Positions 50,839 through 63,769 of a stretch of DNA of 64,000 nt are shown here, piece after piece (position 1 is the stretch's first letter; every line of letters starts with the position of its first letter). The stretch covers positions 1,488,001 through 1,552,000 of the forward strand of contig ML978123.1 of the NCBI GenBank assembly GCA_010015805.1. The letters run 5' to 3'. A program made the position numbers and the translations under genes. The notes beneath the pieces are model-generated. The model had not been told where the DNA came from, did no database searches, and saw nothing but the letters and a program-made list of their open reading frames with translations. The stretch is from Rhizodiscina lignyota. Its lineage: Eukaryota.

Positions 50839-51981
50839 CTTGCTTAGAAACAGCTCGCTCAATCGGAAATAATGTGGAAACGAGGGAATCGGCCTGAGCA
50901 GCTGGCTGTACAACAAGGAAAGCAGGCAGAGATTATATAGTGGTATCAAGACATGTACACAGTATTAATTCGAAGGGTATAACTCGCGTGAAGACAGTGG
51001 AGCGCTCAGGAGATTGAACTCGGCGAACCTTCGGATGAGCGCGAAAGTTTACAAACAGCTACCAGCTCCAGGAAGGGAGATCGGATGGTGACGGTGGCGT
51101 GCATCATTTCCCACATCTCTTTGCTGTGAGACGAGAGAACGCCCCGCCTCAGCGGAGCTTGGACGGCCAAGTGCGAGCTCTCCCCAGATTTTCGCCCGCA
51201 CCCGAGGCTCAGGGTTCGCTTGGCAGCATGCTTTCCGTTGGCGCGAAATCCGGCCACTTTTCGATTTCTTCCAACATCGGCATGTCCCTAGTATCAGATT
51301 TGATGGTTTTATTCCAGATTACGTCCCGAATGAATATATTCCTGCGACCAATAGTGAAATATAAGTGATCGCTCGCCTTGAGCAGCTACCAAGAGAGATT
51401 CTCCGCCCGCTGAGTCTTCAATTTCGTTGACCTTGACCTCGGCCGGCATCTCTTTGAACTGCACGAGAGTCAACGACTTTGACATTTGGGTAGGCTAATT
51501 AAGAAGCCTCTCTCTCGTTCAACATAGTGTTCTACTTTGTTCGCGCAACATGCTTTCTGAGAGATGTCAATTCCTCCAAATTCGCGACGACTCCAATAGT
51601 ATCGAGCAAGGTGCTCACGAAGGTTTTGAGGCCCCAGAATCAAAATGTTAGGAATTTTGACCATTTTTTCTAAACAGTTGGAGAACCTTTATGAGTCACG
51701 TGGGTGGCAAACTACCCAGTCCTGCCCGATTGTCTGATCGGCTCTGTGGAGAACCAAACTGAACATCTCTAAAACCTCGATTGAATGTATTTGCGCCTAG
51801 GTAGTTACTAAGACCCGCAGCTTTACTTAACTATAATTTGTGACTATTAACTAACAAACGTATGCATCCGCGCGGCTCGACATGCTGCAGCCACGACACG
51901 ACTTTTTGTCGCCCGACCCGGACTTTGGTATCTTACAAGCGTTCTATACTTCATGTCTCTCGACGCTATCAACTTGTCGCT

Positions 51982-53692
51982 CTAGAAGCCTTCGCTTTTT
52001 GCATACGGACTTCTTACCCTCAATTTCTCTCCATACCTGTACAGCAGAAACGGGCCTGGCGTCAGTATCGCTGCCACGCAGCCCAGGAGCGTCAAAGTCC
52101 AATGCACACCCAACGTCTCGAACATCGGTCTGGCTGCCATGACCATACCTCCAGCGATGAGATACCGCGCCATGGTGATGCTAGCTAGAGCGACCGCTGC
52201 ATGTTCTCCATAGCTGTCGATGATGTATTCGTATGCACCGACGTACATGGAGATGAGCACCGCGCCGAAGAAGAAGCATGCCGTAAGGCCGGACCAGATC
52301 GAGATGCTGGGATAGTTGGTCCATCCGAGCCAGAAGAGCGAGATGGGAAGAAGAGGCGCGGTGATCATTGCTGGCCAGAGGCGGAACTCGGGCGTCACTT
52401 TTGCTCCGCGGACATACTCAGTATGGTGCCGTGCCCAGCTGTACAGTCCAGGTGCGGTAAGTGTAACAACTGTGGCGCCAACAGCGATTGCCGCGAAACA
52501 AGAGCCATAGAGTCCATCGGAAAGATTGTACGTGTGCTTGAAGACGTATTCGAAACCAGAAAGAAAGGTGAAGAGCAGTATATAAAGGAGGACGAGATAG
52601 CCACCAAGGACAGCAATTACGGGCTCCCGCAGGAATCGTGCCGACATTGGCAGGACTTGCTTTAGCCGTCTCGTGAATGACGCATGCTCGGCATGCTCGG
52701 ACACGTATCGCTTGTCGCTAGTTACGCGGCGAAGATGCTTGGCTTTCCAGTCTAAGAGAACAGGGAGGTAAGTCTCGGGGAGGAAGAGAAGTGCCACGAC
52801 GAACGCAGAACCGGATATGATGAGCGTAATCCACTCCATCCACCTCCAGCTCAGCGCGGGATTGGAAGCGATCCAGCCACCGGCGATTGGCGCTATGACA
52901 GGACTACAAATGATTAGCTGAGAATTTGTGCAGGACTGCTCAGAAGACTTACGGAGCCACATTCGCCCAAGCAATTATTGGAAAGACAAAGGCTCTCTTA
53001 ACCGGTCGGAACTGGTCCTTCACACTCGCTCCATTAATTCCAAGTGTCGCGCTCGAGAAGACCCCGGTGAGATACCGGCACACGATAAATCCGCCAAAGC
53101 TCTTCGCTAGAGCGGTACCAAGGACGAAGAAAAGGAAGCAAAATGTTGAGATGAGATATGTTGGATTCCTCCCGACGGTCTCAGAAAGAGGCCCCACAAC
53201 CATACAACCAGAGCCAATGCCGAAAAGATACATGGCAGTGGAGAGATTCTGGGCCACTTTGCTGACATGGAAATACATGCTTGCTGAAGTGTTGGCCATT
53301 GAGTCGGCGGCACCTGCCCATGCCTGGACGGAGATGAGGAGTGTTAAGATGGCTATGTTTTTGCTTCTCGCAGCAAGGCTCCAGTCTCGAGGAGAGAAGG
53401 GATCGTTTTCGCATTCCAGACCGACGGCAATATCGTTACTGCTTTCCAATCCTTGGCCATCGGTAGTTCTTGACGACTTATTGTCGCCGTCATGCTGTTG
53501 ACCGCTCTGACTGAGGCGTCCCTCGAGGTCGTACGCCCTTTCAGCTTCTGTTGCCAAACTTGAACGCTGCTGGTATCCATAATCTCGACCAGTAAATTTT
53601 TCGAGATTCCTTGTGGAGTTGTCACTTTGACTTCCTGCCCGTTCTCTTTCAATGTCTCTACCGATAGCTTTATACTGCAAGTACGACCACAT
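51982..53692 (-). CDS. MFS multidrug transporter (DHA1-like)
   Basis: DPFSPRDWS, GPLSETVGRNP, WRWMEWI, PETY, PEFRL and about 12 hydrophobic segments. Intron 52904-52952. Confidence 0.92.
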
Positions 53693-54424
53693 TTTGACAA
53701 GCCCATGTGACAGATCCAATATAGAATCCTACTCTTCACCCATGCTGTGTAACCACAGAAATACCAAATAAAATGATATACAAGCCGCCGAAAATTTGCT
53801 ATGTGTGATGTCAGTGTCGCGTGCTCAGTTTCCCAATGTGGGGGCGGAGAATATTCCGTGGAGCAGGGGTGGGGGTTCAGCGTTCACATGCGGCAAGAGG
53901 GAGAGACGGAAGTCCATCTTCGTAGAGGCTCTCATTTCTTTTTCTTTTATGACAGGGGCCTGACGTAACACTTCTTCCGCTGATCGACAATTTCGACAGT
54001 CTCGATGAATCCGGATCGTGAGAGCTCTTTTGACTTGGGCGATACAGATGCGATATGTTGGCGCTGGGCTTGCGATCCATATGTTTGATTGAAAGCCAAG
54101 AAGAGAGAGTACTTACTCGACGTTAAGAGATCAGTTGAGCCACAAGCTACAATACCTCGAAATGCTAAGATACACGTCTACTTCAACTAAGACTTTCGAA
54201 TCATGTGCGTTAAAGCTGCGGACGATGGATGGTGGCAAGGTGGTATCTCGGCCCAGTTGGGAATAGCGCCTTACATAGCGGTGCCGCTCAGATGCGTCAA
54301 ATCTCTGCACTTGACTTGCACCTAAACCTCGAATGAAGCGCATCAATCCCTTCTAGATCTCCGTTGTTGCTGAAGAAAGTGGGCTCCGAGATGCATGGAG
54401 ATTCGCCAATATATCCATACATAA

Positions 54425-54651
54425 TACGAAGGAGATAGTTTCCAGCGAGCGAACAAGATCTACAACGGCGTCCCTTTTCAACAACAAGAAGCAAATCTTT
54501 TAAGGCAAGCTGGGTAAGCTACTCCTTGACAACCTCGAATACGACTTCATCGATGCGAGGAAGCTTCTTAGAAGTGCCGGGGACAACTTCGATGGCGTGG
54601 CTCCGCAGACAGCAACAGATTGTTTGCCCGCTGGAAACTAGCTCCTTCGTA
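54425..54651. repeat. 32-bp inverted repeat (29/32 match) with a 163-bp spacer, TA at both outer ends; MITE-like
   Basis: Left arm 54425-54456 tacgaaggagatagtttccagcgagcgaacaa. Right arm 54620-54651 ttgtttgcccgctggaaactagctccttcgta. Confidence 0.75.
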
Positions 54652-55119
54652 GAGATGCTTGTTGATCTTAGCAGCGTGACAAGGGAGAGCTGCTTCACCA
54701 GGCGACACCATCTCTCTCTGGTATGCTAGAGCTGATATCAAGTTCATAGGCGCCTGCAGTCTTTCCAGTTGTCAACTCTGTGCATCGAAGATCAAGTCAT
54801 GGATGGCAAAATTCCGTCTAATCCCACCAATCAATAGGCTTCTTAGGCGTCTTAAGTTTGGAACTCCCTGCAAGCTGCTGCCTCAACTTCACCGGTTGAC
54901 CATGTGCAACCCTTAGACATCAATCCTTCGAATTTAACGACTTGAATCTAAATCCCAGTTTTCAAGACACTGACCTTTTCACCCTTAAGCATAAGTTAAA
55001 TATCTGGCCCTTTGCAGAATATTTGGGCCCCTTTAACGCGAATGTGGCAAGAAGGCTTGGACTACGAGTAGTTGTCGAAGCTAATCCTTGGATATTGTAT
55101 TCATTTTTATTTTGCTACC

Positions 55120-57237
55120 ATGCCGGGACTCTGTTCCATTTGCTCAAACATCTCATTCCTCGACCTTCCGCCATTCCCACCGTGGATCGGGTGGTATCAC
55201 GTACCCCTCCACCATCTCTCCGAGCTTGTCCCCTTTGTGCCTCGAGACGAGGAGGATCATGACGCCCTCAAATCTGGCACTCGTAAGGCCGTTTCTCCTG
55301 GGTCCCTGGGATTGCCCTATCATCAAAGCCTCGAAGCACTGCAAGAGGCTGCAAAGACGTGCGATGTCTGTTCATTAGTTGAGGAGTCTGTGCTTAGAGT
55401 CAAAGGCTTAGTGGAAGGCGCATTCAAAGATGCAAGGTTCGCATATTATGATAAGTCAGGAGGGCCCAAGTATGAATTTGGGATCACGAAGAGACGAGAT
55501 GGAGAAGATGGCTTGTTGGTATGGAGTATGGCAAAAGACAATGACGAGTGCTACTTGATGGGGGCGATTGGGTACTGTGTCGATGATGGTACGTTAAATG
55601 AGCAATTCACGATCATGGAATGTCCAAGAAAGCCTGATTATATTCCAGAGAACCCATTGAAAAACCACTTTCGTGGGCGTCCTGTACTGGAAGACCCGGC
55701 GGACCCAGTATCATTGGCCCGTCTACGTCGCTGGTTAACGGATTGCTCCTCCAAGCACTCGAAATGTAACCTCCAGACTGCTCCTCTTCCCCTCCGTCTC
55801 CTCGACATCGCAGACTCTTCTCTCCCATCAAGCCAGATCCGACTCGTAGAGCCACCTCCTGGGACAGAAGGCCATTATGCTTCGCTGTCTCACTGTTGGG
55901 GTCACTCGCCACAGTTCACAACTACAAGGTCCACTCTGGAGGCACGCAAAACAGGTATCGACCTGTCGCATTTACCTAAAACGTTTCAGGATGCTGTCAT
56001 TGTCATCCGTGAGCTGGGATTGCGGTATATTTGGATAGACAGTCTTTGCATTTGTCAAGATGACAACGCCGACTGGGAGCGCGAGAGCGCAAAAATGGCA
56101 TCAACATACGCCGGTGCTCACATTACGGTTGCGGCATCAAGGGCTGCTTCAGATATTACAGGCTTCCTAACACCCAGGGTAGCGCGACGACACGTGGTCC
56201 TGCCGGTGACGCTCAAACAGGGTAATGACACTATACGAGGCGAGATTCAACTGTTCAATATCCATCTAGCTCATGCTGCAGGTGGATTGAACTACGTATT
56301 GCAAGAAAAGGAAACACTATCCACGCGGGCCTGGGCCCTGCAAGAGCGCTATCTAGCACCGCGGACGCTGCATTTTGGCGAGGGCCAGACGAGCTATGAG
56401 TGCCAGGAATGCTTTAAGACAGAGGATGGATACCTCGATACCTCGAAGTACTTCGATATTGCCAGAAAGACGGAAAGGCAAGACGACGAAGAGAAGAGCA
56501 GATATCATCGTATGGCAACCGAGTGGTATGAGATGGTATTCCAGTATTCTCGGCGAAATATGAGTCGCGAATCAGACAAGCTGCCTGCGATGAGCGGGCT
56601 GGCGAGGCTTTGGCAGCAGCTTCTCGGGGAGGAGTACGTTGCGGGATTGTGGAAAGGTGACTTGATTGAGGGTATTGCTTTTCAATGCTTCGGAGGGACT
56701 CACAGACGACCGGAGCAATGGAGAGCGCCGAGTTGGAGCTGGGCAAGTGTAGATGGGATTTTGTCGGTCACGCACTTAGGTGGCTGGACTGACCTCGCTG
56801 TAGTCAAAGACGTGAGGGTCAACGTCAAAGGCGAGAATCCATACGGAGAGGTCAGTGATGCAGTGCTGGACATTGAGTGCATATTGGAAAGAGCCTGGGT
56901 CAGCAAAGATAAAGAACAGGATGAGGACAAAATCCCGCATACGAGACACGTAAGATTCAGGATCGAAGATGGCGCAGATTTCGGCTATTACGTGTCTCCA
57001 GATGTTGAATCCGACAGAGAAAAGATCAAAGCGTGGGAGGCCTACGTACTTCCGTTGGCGATAGACAGGAGAACAGAAGACCGCGGCGTAGCTTTTGCGC
57101 TTCTCGTTGTACCTGATGAGCGTCGGATGGGAGCATATAGAAGGGAGGGATTCATGCTCATTGACGAGGGCAAGGTACTTCAAAGATGGAACGGTGCGAA
57201 GGCCAACGGGACACTAAAAACCATTTCATTAGTGTAG
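55120..57237 (+). CDS. HET (heterokaryon incompatibility) domain protein
   Basis: LPLRLLDI, YASLSHCWG, LPKTFQDAV, RYIWIDSLCICQDD, MASTYAGA, RAWALQE, DKLPAMSGLA, RAPSWSWAS. In-frame intron 55589-55648. Confidence 0.93.
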   Translation: MPGLCSICSNISFLDLPPFPPWIGWYHVPLHHLSELVPFVPRDEEDHDALKSGTRKAVSPGSLGLPYHQSLEALQEAAKTCDVCSLVEESVLRVKGLVEGAFKDARFAYYDKSGGPKYEFGITKRRDGEDGLLVWSMAKDNDECYLMGAIGYCVDDGTLNEQFTIMECPRKPDYIPENPLKNHFRGRPVLEDPADPVSLARLRRWLTDCSSKHSKCNLQTAPLPLRLLDIADSSLPSSQIRLVEPPPGTEGHYASLSHCWGHSPQFTTTRSTLEARKTGIDLSHLPKTFQDAVIVIRELGLRYIWIDSLCICQDDNADWERESAKMASTYAGAHITVAASRAASDITGFLTPRVARRHVVLPVTLKQGNDTIRGEIQLFNIHLAHAAGGLNYVLQEKETLSTRAWALQERYLAPRTLHFGEGQTSYECQECFKTEDGYLDTSKYFDIARKTERQDDEEKSRYHRMATEWYEMVFQYSRRNMSRESDKLPAMSGLARLWQQLLGEEYVAGLWKGDLIEGIAFQCFGGTHRRPEQWRAPSWSWASVDGILSVTHLGGWTDLAVVKDVRVNVKGENPYGEVSDAVLDIECILERAWVSKDKEQDEDKIPHTRHVRFRIEDGADFGYYVSPDVESDREKIKAWEAYVLPLAIDRRTEDRGVAFALLVVPDERRMGAYRREGFMLIDEGKVLQRWNGAKANGTLKTISLV

Positions 57238-57350
57238 TGCGCTGAACTAATCAAGGATACTTTGCTCAAAATGATTCCAGCGCCGAACTGTTGATGGTGG
57301 ACTACACTTCAAGATGCACTTTGTCCTATTTACACAGCTAGAAAGTGCAG

Positions 57351-58406
57351 CTATAGCCTTTGGTCCTTACTCTGTGGTACCTCAATCACTATCTTTCCCC
57401 AAGCCTCTCCACTCGCTAACAGTTTCAAGGCAGCCGGTGCCTGCTCCAACCCAACGAATCGACTCCCTGTATACATCATAGGCTTCACCTTCCCCTGCGT
57501 AATCAAATCGAGTAGCGCATCCCATACGGTAACCACAGCCTGTGGATCCATAGTTGCGTACATGCCCCAGAATAATCCAGAGACGGACACGTTCTTCACC
57601 AGATACAGATTCACCGGGATTTTCTCAATCTCGCCGGCGGCGAACCCAATTACGACGAGTCGGCCGTCCCAGCGAATGCATTTCAAGCTACGGCGAATCA
57701 TGCCCAAAGGGTCGAGGACTACATCGACGCCGCGCTTGTCTGGTGTGCAGTCTCGAGCTTCTTTCTCCCATTCACCGGTACTGTCGAGAACATAGTCCGC
57801 TCCAAAGCGCTTCGCGACCTCTCCTTTCTCTGCGGAGTTAACTGTTGCAATGACCTTCATGCCCAGGGCCTTGGAGACCTGAACAGCGGCAAGACCAAGA
57901 GCGCCCGCTGAACCATGAACAAGGACGTAGTCACCTGCGGATGTCAATTCCATTCATAAAACAGAAGAGATACGAAACATACCTGGCTGAGCTCTTGCTC
58001 TCAATACAAGCGCCGCATAAGCTGTCGGTGCCGTGTAAAACAGACCACTCGCTTCAGCGAACGACCATCCTTGCGGCACTGGCCTCAGGCCTTCTTCTTC
58101 TACGAGAACTTGAGTGGCAAAGGTTCCCAGAGTAGCACCAAAGACCTTGTCTCCGGCTTTGAACTTGTTCGCCTTCCCACCCGTCGGCGTCGCCACAACC
58201 TCTCCTGCAAATTCATTGCCCGCAGTCCATGGAAATGGTGGCTTCTGCTGATGCTTGCCTTGGATCTGCAGAACGTCGAAGAAGTTGGTCGCCGCGGCGT
58301 GGATTTTGATCAGATATTTGTCCTTGGCTGGCTGTAGGTCCGGAAGGTCTGAGACTTTGAGCTCATCTGGTCCCTTGACTAGCTGATGTAATTGGATTGC
58401 TCTCAT
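57351..58406 (-). CDS. NADPH:quinone oxidoreductase (zeta-crystallin-like MDR)
   Basis: NFFDVLQIQGKHQQKPPFPWTAGNEFAGEV, VLVHGSAGALGLAAVQ, GVDVVLDPLG, GRLVVIGFAAG, GKIV. One intron at about 57935-57982. Confidence 0.9.
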
Positions 58407-58906
58407 CTCGAACAGTTATGCACTGCATAGCCTGTGAAGTATTCCTTGCTCTTCATAGTTTCAGGTCCCACTTCATATGTTACAAAATGTTCCATCAAGC
58501 CGTGTCTGGAACGCGAACTGACGTTTGCCGGAGAGGGGTAGACGGCCCGAGAGTCGCAAAAGGTCTCCCGGCATATAGAGTATAAAATCCTATTTTGTTT
58601 AAATGGATATTAATGTAGTTTTCAAACTTCTTCCAAACAGGCCTCGTAGGGCAGATTCACGTTGGTCTGAATTTAGTGCAATTTGAGGCTGTCAATGCGT
58701 GCACCAATCAGCTCGACACCCCGGCTCTGGAGATTGGTCAAGTCTCAAAAACGACAAGATCAGAAGGCCGAAGGGTCATTGAAAGTCATTTCATTGATAT
58801 TGTACTGACGTTCAGAATTAGGAACATTCCAAAATCCGCTGCCTGAGCTGTTTCTCCATGAATATTGAGACATATAGTACAGAGCGACAGATATGACTAC
58901 GCTCAA

Positions 58907-60163
58907 TTAAGAGTCTTGGAAAGACACTTTGCCACCCCGAACTGTCGCCATCCTCATCTTTGCCGGCTGCTCCGCTGTTGGTGATGCTGGAGGTGCCGTC
59001 GGGGTCACAGAACTAGCAGCTCTACTTTCGGCCTTAAGGTCCAGCACAACCGCATCCTGCACTGCTCCGGCCGGTGTGTCTGCAATCTCGTTGACATCGC
59101 GATTCGTAAGCGAATCCGTGAGACCAGAGGCCCGCGACTGGAGCAGAATAGTCATCGGTCCCTGAAACTGCAGAAACAGCCGATCTCCCCAGATAGTTCG
59201 CCTAGTCCAGGTCCTTAAGGAGAAGAGAAACGCAGCAATAGATTTCCACGCTGTGGACTCCCTCATGACGCGGAAGAATCGTGTATCTGGCAGCCAAGAC
59301 GATATGTCTGGAATTTGTAACCTCAGAGTCGTGGATTTGAAGCGGAACGGAAGGGGAGGTATTTGATTGATCGTGTATGCTAGGACATTGCTTGGATGGG
59401 CAATGTACTGCTCATTCGCTTTAAGATTGATCTGGTAGATCTGGCCCTTGCCAACAAGAGCAACCAATCCACGTCCGGTGATGTGTGAATTCCCCCAATG
59501 TGCCAGGCTCATTTTTGTATTTGCTCTTGGGGATACGGAGAGAGTATGGCCACTCCATGCGAGCAGCCCGGATCGTTGCGCAACAATCCAGTCTATTCGC
59601 CCATCGAGGTGGATGACACTGAAGGAAGATATGGCTGATTTCGTGGAGAGGAGGGCTGTCATTGGACTCGTGGAGGAAATTCGCTGGTAAAGGAATGGAA
59701 TACCAAGCGCTGATCGTCTGAGAGGTCCGAGGACCGAGAGGGTGGAAACTGCCTGTCTACAGTTAGAGACAGTATGAAATTCAATCATGGGTATAACTAA
59801 CATCGTCGGGTTTTCCGCTCACTGCAACAAGACTGCCACGACGAGTATAGAGATTCTGAGAGGGCGAAAGTTTCACAGAGAGGAGAGAGTAGGGATGGCC
59901 GAGTACTTCGAATTGCGCATCTAAATAATAATTAGCACCTGACTTGTAGGTGAGCGATAAGGAGGTGTACCTGGAGGAGAGACTGGTAGAGGATTGACAT
60001 CGTCATTGCTGAAGTTGTCGGCAGCGTCGGCGGAATAGCTTGGAGCAGCTTGAACCTGGGCGTATCTTCGAGGAATCGAGCTTCGTATGGAGATTGAACG
60101 GGCTAAGCACGATGGTTTGGGAGCTACGCAGCTCCCAAAAGCTTGAAAGGGGCGACGGCGCAT
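58907..60163 (-). CDS. AIM24: Mitochondrial Aim24 family protein
   Basis: Arg/Ser-rich presequence, [67 protein letters not shown]. Introns 59921-59970 and 59753-59801. Confidence 0.85.
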
Positions 60164-60396
60164 TGCTGCAGTCCGTAATGCGTGGAAGTGGGAGCTTCGT
60201 ATGAATTTCAAGATGCGCGAATTCGGGCTTGGCGACCGGCGGAACGATGGTGTGCTCTCAACAACTCCTGTCTGCGCAAATAATCGCCGGCACTATCTTC
60301 TTGTTCCAGATAAAATCTCGTCGACTGCGCTATTAAATCGTGCCTGAACGTGAGGGGGCTTCGTCCAACGATGATTAGGAGCTGTGTGTGAGCAGT

Positions 60397-62689
60397 ATGG
60401 GTCCCAACCCAGCCATATCATGCAGTCTTTTTCGTAGCTCCCGACTCTTACTTCCTTCGCATCGAGCAAATATCCACTACTCCAACCAGGCGCCTTTCCT
60501 ACTCTCAATAAGCTGTCGATCTCATACCCGGCCGTTTGCGCGTGTCTTCGCGACTACCCCGCGTCATAGAAAGGATGAAGCGAGGATACGGACACTGCAG
60601 CAGGAAGCTGCACAAGCAAAGGAGGTGAAGGAGAGTATCAAGCCAGAGACTGTTCAGAAGGATCAAAGCACTCCGGCTAGTCCTGCGACAGCGAAGCAAG
60701 ATGCCCTGCTGGCGGAGCAGACGGTATCAACGAAGGAGCAACGGAAGGCGGATTGGGCAATCATCAAGCAGATGAGCGCATATCTGTGGCCCAAGGACAA
60801 TCTAGGGACCAGATTCAGAGTTGGCTTGTCCGTTGGTCTTCTCGTCGGTGCAAAGGTCTGCAATCGCATCTCTACCATATCCCTGGTCTGTACTCATAGC
60901 TATTGTAGGTACTCAATGTGCAAGTCCCATTCTATTTCAAGTCCATCGTCGATAGCATGAATATCGACTTCATGGCGATTGGCGGTACGGCTTGGACAGT
61001 TGCTGGTTCCATGGTCATCGCGTATGGCGCAACCAGGGTAGGGTCCGCACTCTTCCAAGAACTGCGAAATGCCGTCTTTGCGAGCGTGGCTCAGAAGGCC
61101 ATCCGACGCGTCGCATGCAGTGTATATGAGCACCTCCTCAGGCTCGACCTCAACTTTCACCTCTCCCGCCAGACTGGCGGCCTGACTCGCGCTATTGATC
61201 GAGGCACGAAGGGCATCAGCTTTCTGCTGACCTCGATGGTATTCCATATTATCCCGACGGCGTTAGAAATAAGCCTTGTCTGTGGTATTCTCACATACCA
61301 ATATGGAGCGCAGTTCGCAGCTATTACGGCGGCGACAATGGTGGCCTACACCGCATTTACGATCACGACGACAGCATGGCGTACGAAATTTCGAAAGCAG
61401 GCGAATGCGGCTGACAACAAGGCTGCGACTGTCGCAGTTGACTCATTGATTAATTACGAAGCCGTCAAATACTTCAACAATGAGCACCACGAGGTAAAGC
61501 GCTATGACAGTGCCCTTGAGCAGTATGAACGTGCTAGCATTAAAGTTGCGACGAGCTTAGCGTACCTGAACACTGGCCAAAACGTCATCTTCTCTTCCGC
61601 GCTCACAGCAATGATGTATCTTGCGTGTGACGGAGTAGCCCAGGGGAACCTGACTGTTGGTGACCTTGTCATGGTCAACCAACTGGTATTTCAACTAAGC
61701 GTACCGCTCAACTTTCTAGGTAGCGTTTACAGAGAACTCAGGCAGAGCCTGCTAGACATGGAGACACTGTTCAACCTGCAGAAAGTCAATGTCTCAGTCA
61801 AGGATAAGGAGGGCGCTCCGCCACTGAAGCTTTTACCGCCGCCCACTGGCACGAGCCGGACAGCGACCGGAGGTGGAGAGATCAAGTTCGAAAATGTGTC
61901 ATTTGGATATCGTCCAGACCGACCAATTCTGCGAAACTTGACTCTTACTATCCCAGCTGGGAAGAAGGTAGCTATCGTTGGACCCTCCGGCTGTGGCAAA
62001 TCCACTATCCTCCGGCTTCTATTCCGTTTCTATGATATCCAAGCCGGACGCATCACCATCGACGGACAAGACATTAGAGATGTGCAGCTTGATAGCTTAC
62101 GGAAAGCAATTGGCGTCGTTCCCCAAGATACTCCGCTCTTCAACATGAACGTCGGCGAAAATATTCGATACGGCAATCTTGAGGCCACTGATGAAGATGT
62201 AAGGAAGGCAGCTAGAAGGGCGCGAGTTGCGGAGATCATTGAGAGTTGGCCGGATCAGTACAACACGATGGTAGGAGAGAGGGGAATGATGATATCCGGT
62301 ATGTTGGAGGTTCAGTTGTCATTGCAGTGTGTCCAATACTAACAACAGACCCAGGCGGAGAGAAACAGAGACTTGCAATCTCACGGCTCATCCTCAAAGA
62401 TCCACCACTCCTCTTCTTCGACGAAGCGACTTCCGCACTCGATACCCACACGGAACAAGCGCTACTGCAGAACATTAACAGCATCTTGAAAGACAAACGT
62501 CGCACTTCTGTCTTTGTCGCACACAGGCTGAGAACGATATACGACAGTGATCTCATCATTGTTCTGAGCGATGGCAAAGTGGCCGAAAGTGGGACGCATG
62601 AGCAGTTGATCGATTCTGGAGGCATCTATTCAGAGCTGTGGAGTGCCCAAGAGACTCACTTTGTAGATACAGAGGGCACTGAAGACTGA
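60397..62689 (+). CDS. ATM1: Mitochondrial ABC half-transporter Atm1 (Fe-S export, ABCB7 orthologue)
   Basis: [47 protein letters not shown], Walker A GPSGCGKS, signature ISGGEKQR, Walker [11 protein letters not shown]. Introns 60856-60908 and 62299-62354. Confidence 0.95.
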
Positions 62690-62870
62690 TTCCCACTTGT
62701 TGTCGAGCTTCAATCGTTCCCAATAGAATCGTCAAGCACTAAGTCGCATGGGACCCCCCGTTAACAGAACAGCTGCAGTAAGAACAAGTTTTGTTCTTCA
62801 ACACGAATGAGGGCATCTCTGAAAGCTTGATTAGATATACACTAGATAGCGTTTATCTAAAACAGGCAGC

Positions 62871-63156
62871 TTAAGCGTAGATGATATGTATTAACTGGCG
62901 AGTATATGTATCGCGGGTGTTGACATCCTCTTGCTCATTACTATGTATTAACGCCAGCGTCAGCGCTTTCGTCTTCATGGGTACATGTAATGGTCTTATC
63001 AACCTCGTTGAGGGAGGTCGGCATCGATGGACCACCATTATTGGCAGTGTTCTTAAGTAGTAGTGGCAGTACTCTTGCTTGGCGCTGTCCTTTAGCAGGA
63101 CCCTTTGCGAGGGCAGGTTTCGTGGTCGGCGCAGGCTTCGCCGCGACGGCCGGCAT
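62871..63156 (-). pseudogene. Possible degenerate ORF (MPAVAAKPAPTTKP...) decaying into TA-rich sequence
   Basis: ATG at 63156 with a TATATA box at about 63221-63228. The 71-codon ORF is followed by stops and a second frame, with TpA-rich sequence at 62820-62950. No recognisable family. Confidence 0.3.
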
Positions 63157-63186
63157 CGTGTACGCAATCGTAAACGGGTCAGTGTA

Positions 63187-63218
63187 GGCGTTGTCGTGAT
63201 GGCGTTGTCGTGATGGCG
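63187..63218. repeat. 14-bp tandem duplication (ggcgttgtcgtgat x2 plus a partial copy)
   Basis: Read directly from the sequence. Confidence 0.9.
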
Positions 63219-63329
63219 GTGTATATATACCAGAAGGAGCTTTCCGTCAGAGCCCTGTTGGGCAATATAGTTTTTGTTTTTAGTTCAAAGCGGCAGGCTT
63301 CGTGATGGTGAATGCACATCATCGCCTCT

Positions 63330-63650
63330 AAGTCCTACCGTCTAATCTTTGTTTATACCTATGTTTACAGCCTCAATTCTTCCAAGTTAGACGCGTCAAA
63401 CGCGCGTTTACACGTGTTATCCTAGCAATAATATACATACTTTCAGGGTCCGCCCGCACGCCGTGCACGGACTTAACAATATATCATCACTTCCAGATCG
63501 GGTTGACTGATGAATTTTCGCGAGTTTCGCCACGCACGTGATATCCACCAAGTCCCACGCTCCAATCTTTGTTTACACATGTGCTTACAGCTTCAATTGG
63601 TTCACGTCAGACGCGTCAAACACGCGTGTGCACGTGCTGTCCGAGCAACG
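63330..63650. repeat. Diverged direct repeat of about 100 bp with a 220-bp period and RIP-like differences
   Basis: 63341-63430 aligns with 63561-63650, for example tctaatctttgtttatac vs tccaatctttgtttacac and gttagacgcgtcaaac vs gtcagacgcgtcaaac. Confidence 0.85.
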
Positions 63651-63769
63651 ACGTAAAGAATCGCAGGACATAGTCGAACACGATACATGGGCTGGGCAAG
63701 TTTACATCATCTGCTCACGCACGTTCATTAGTTGGTCAATATATGTCTCGCTGAAAGTGATCATTTAAG

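Noticed and set aside
50839..50949. In-frame non-AUG extension upstream of the acyl-CoA synthetase
   Set aside because: It overlaps the TATA-like box, is short, and shows no convincing targeting-peptide character.
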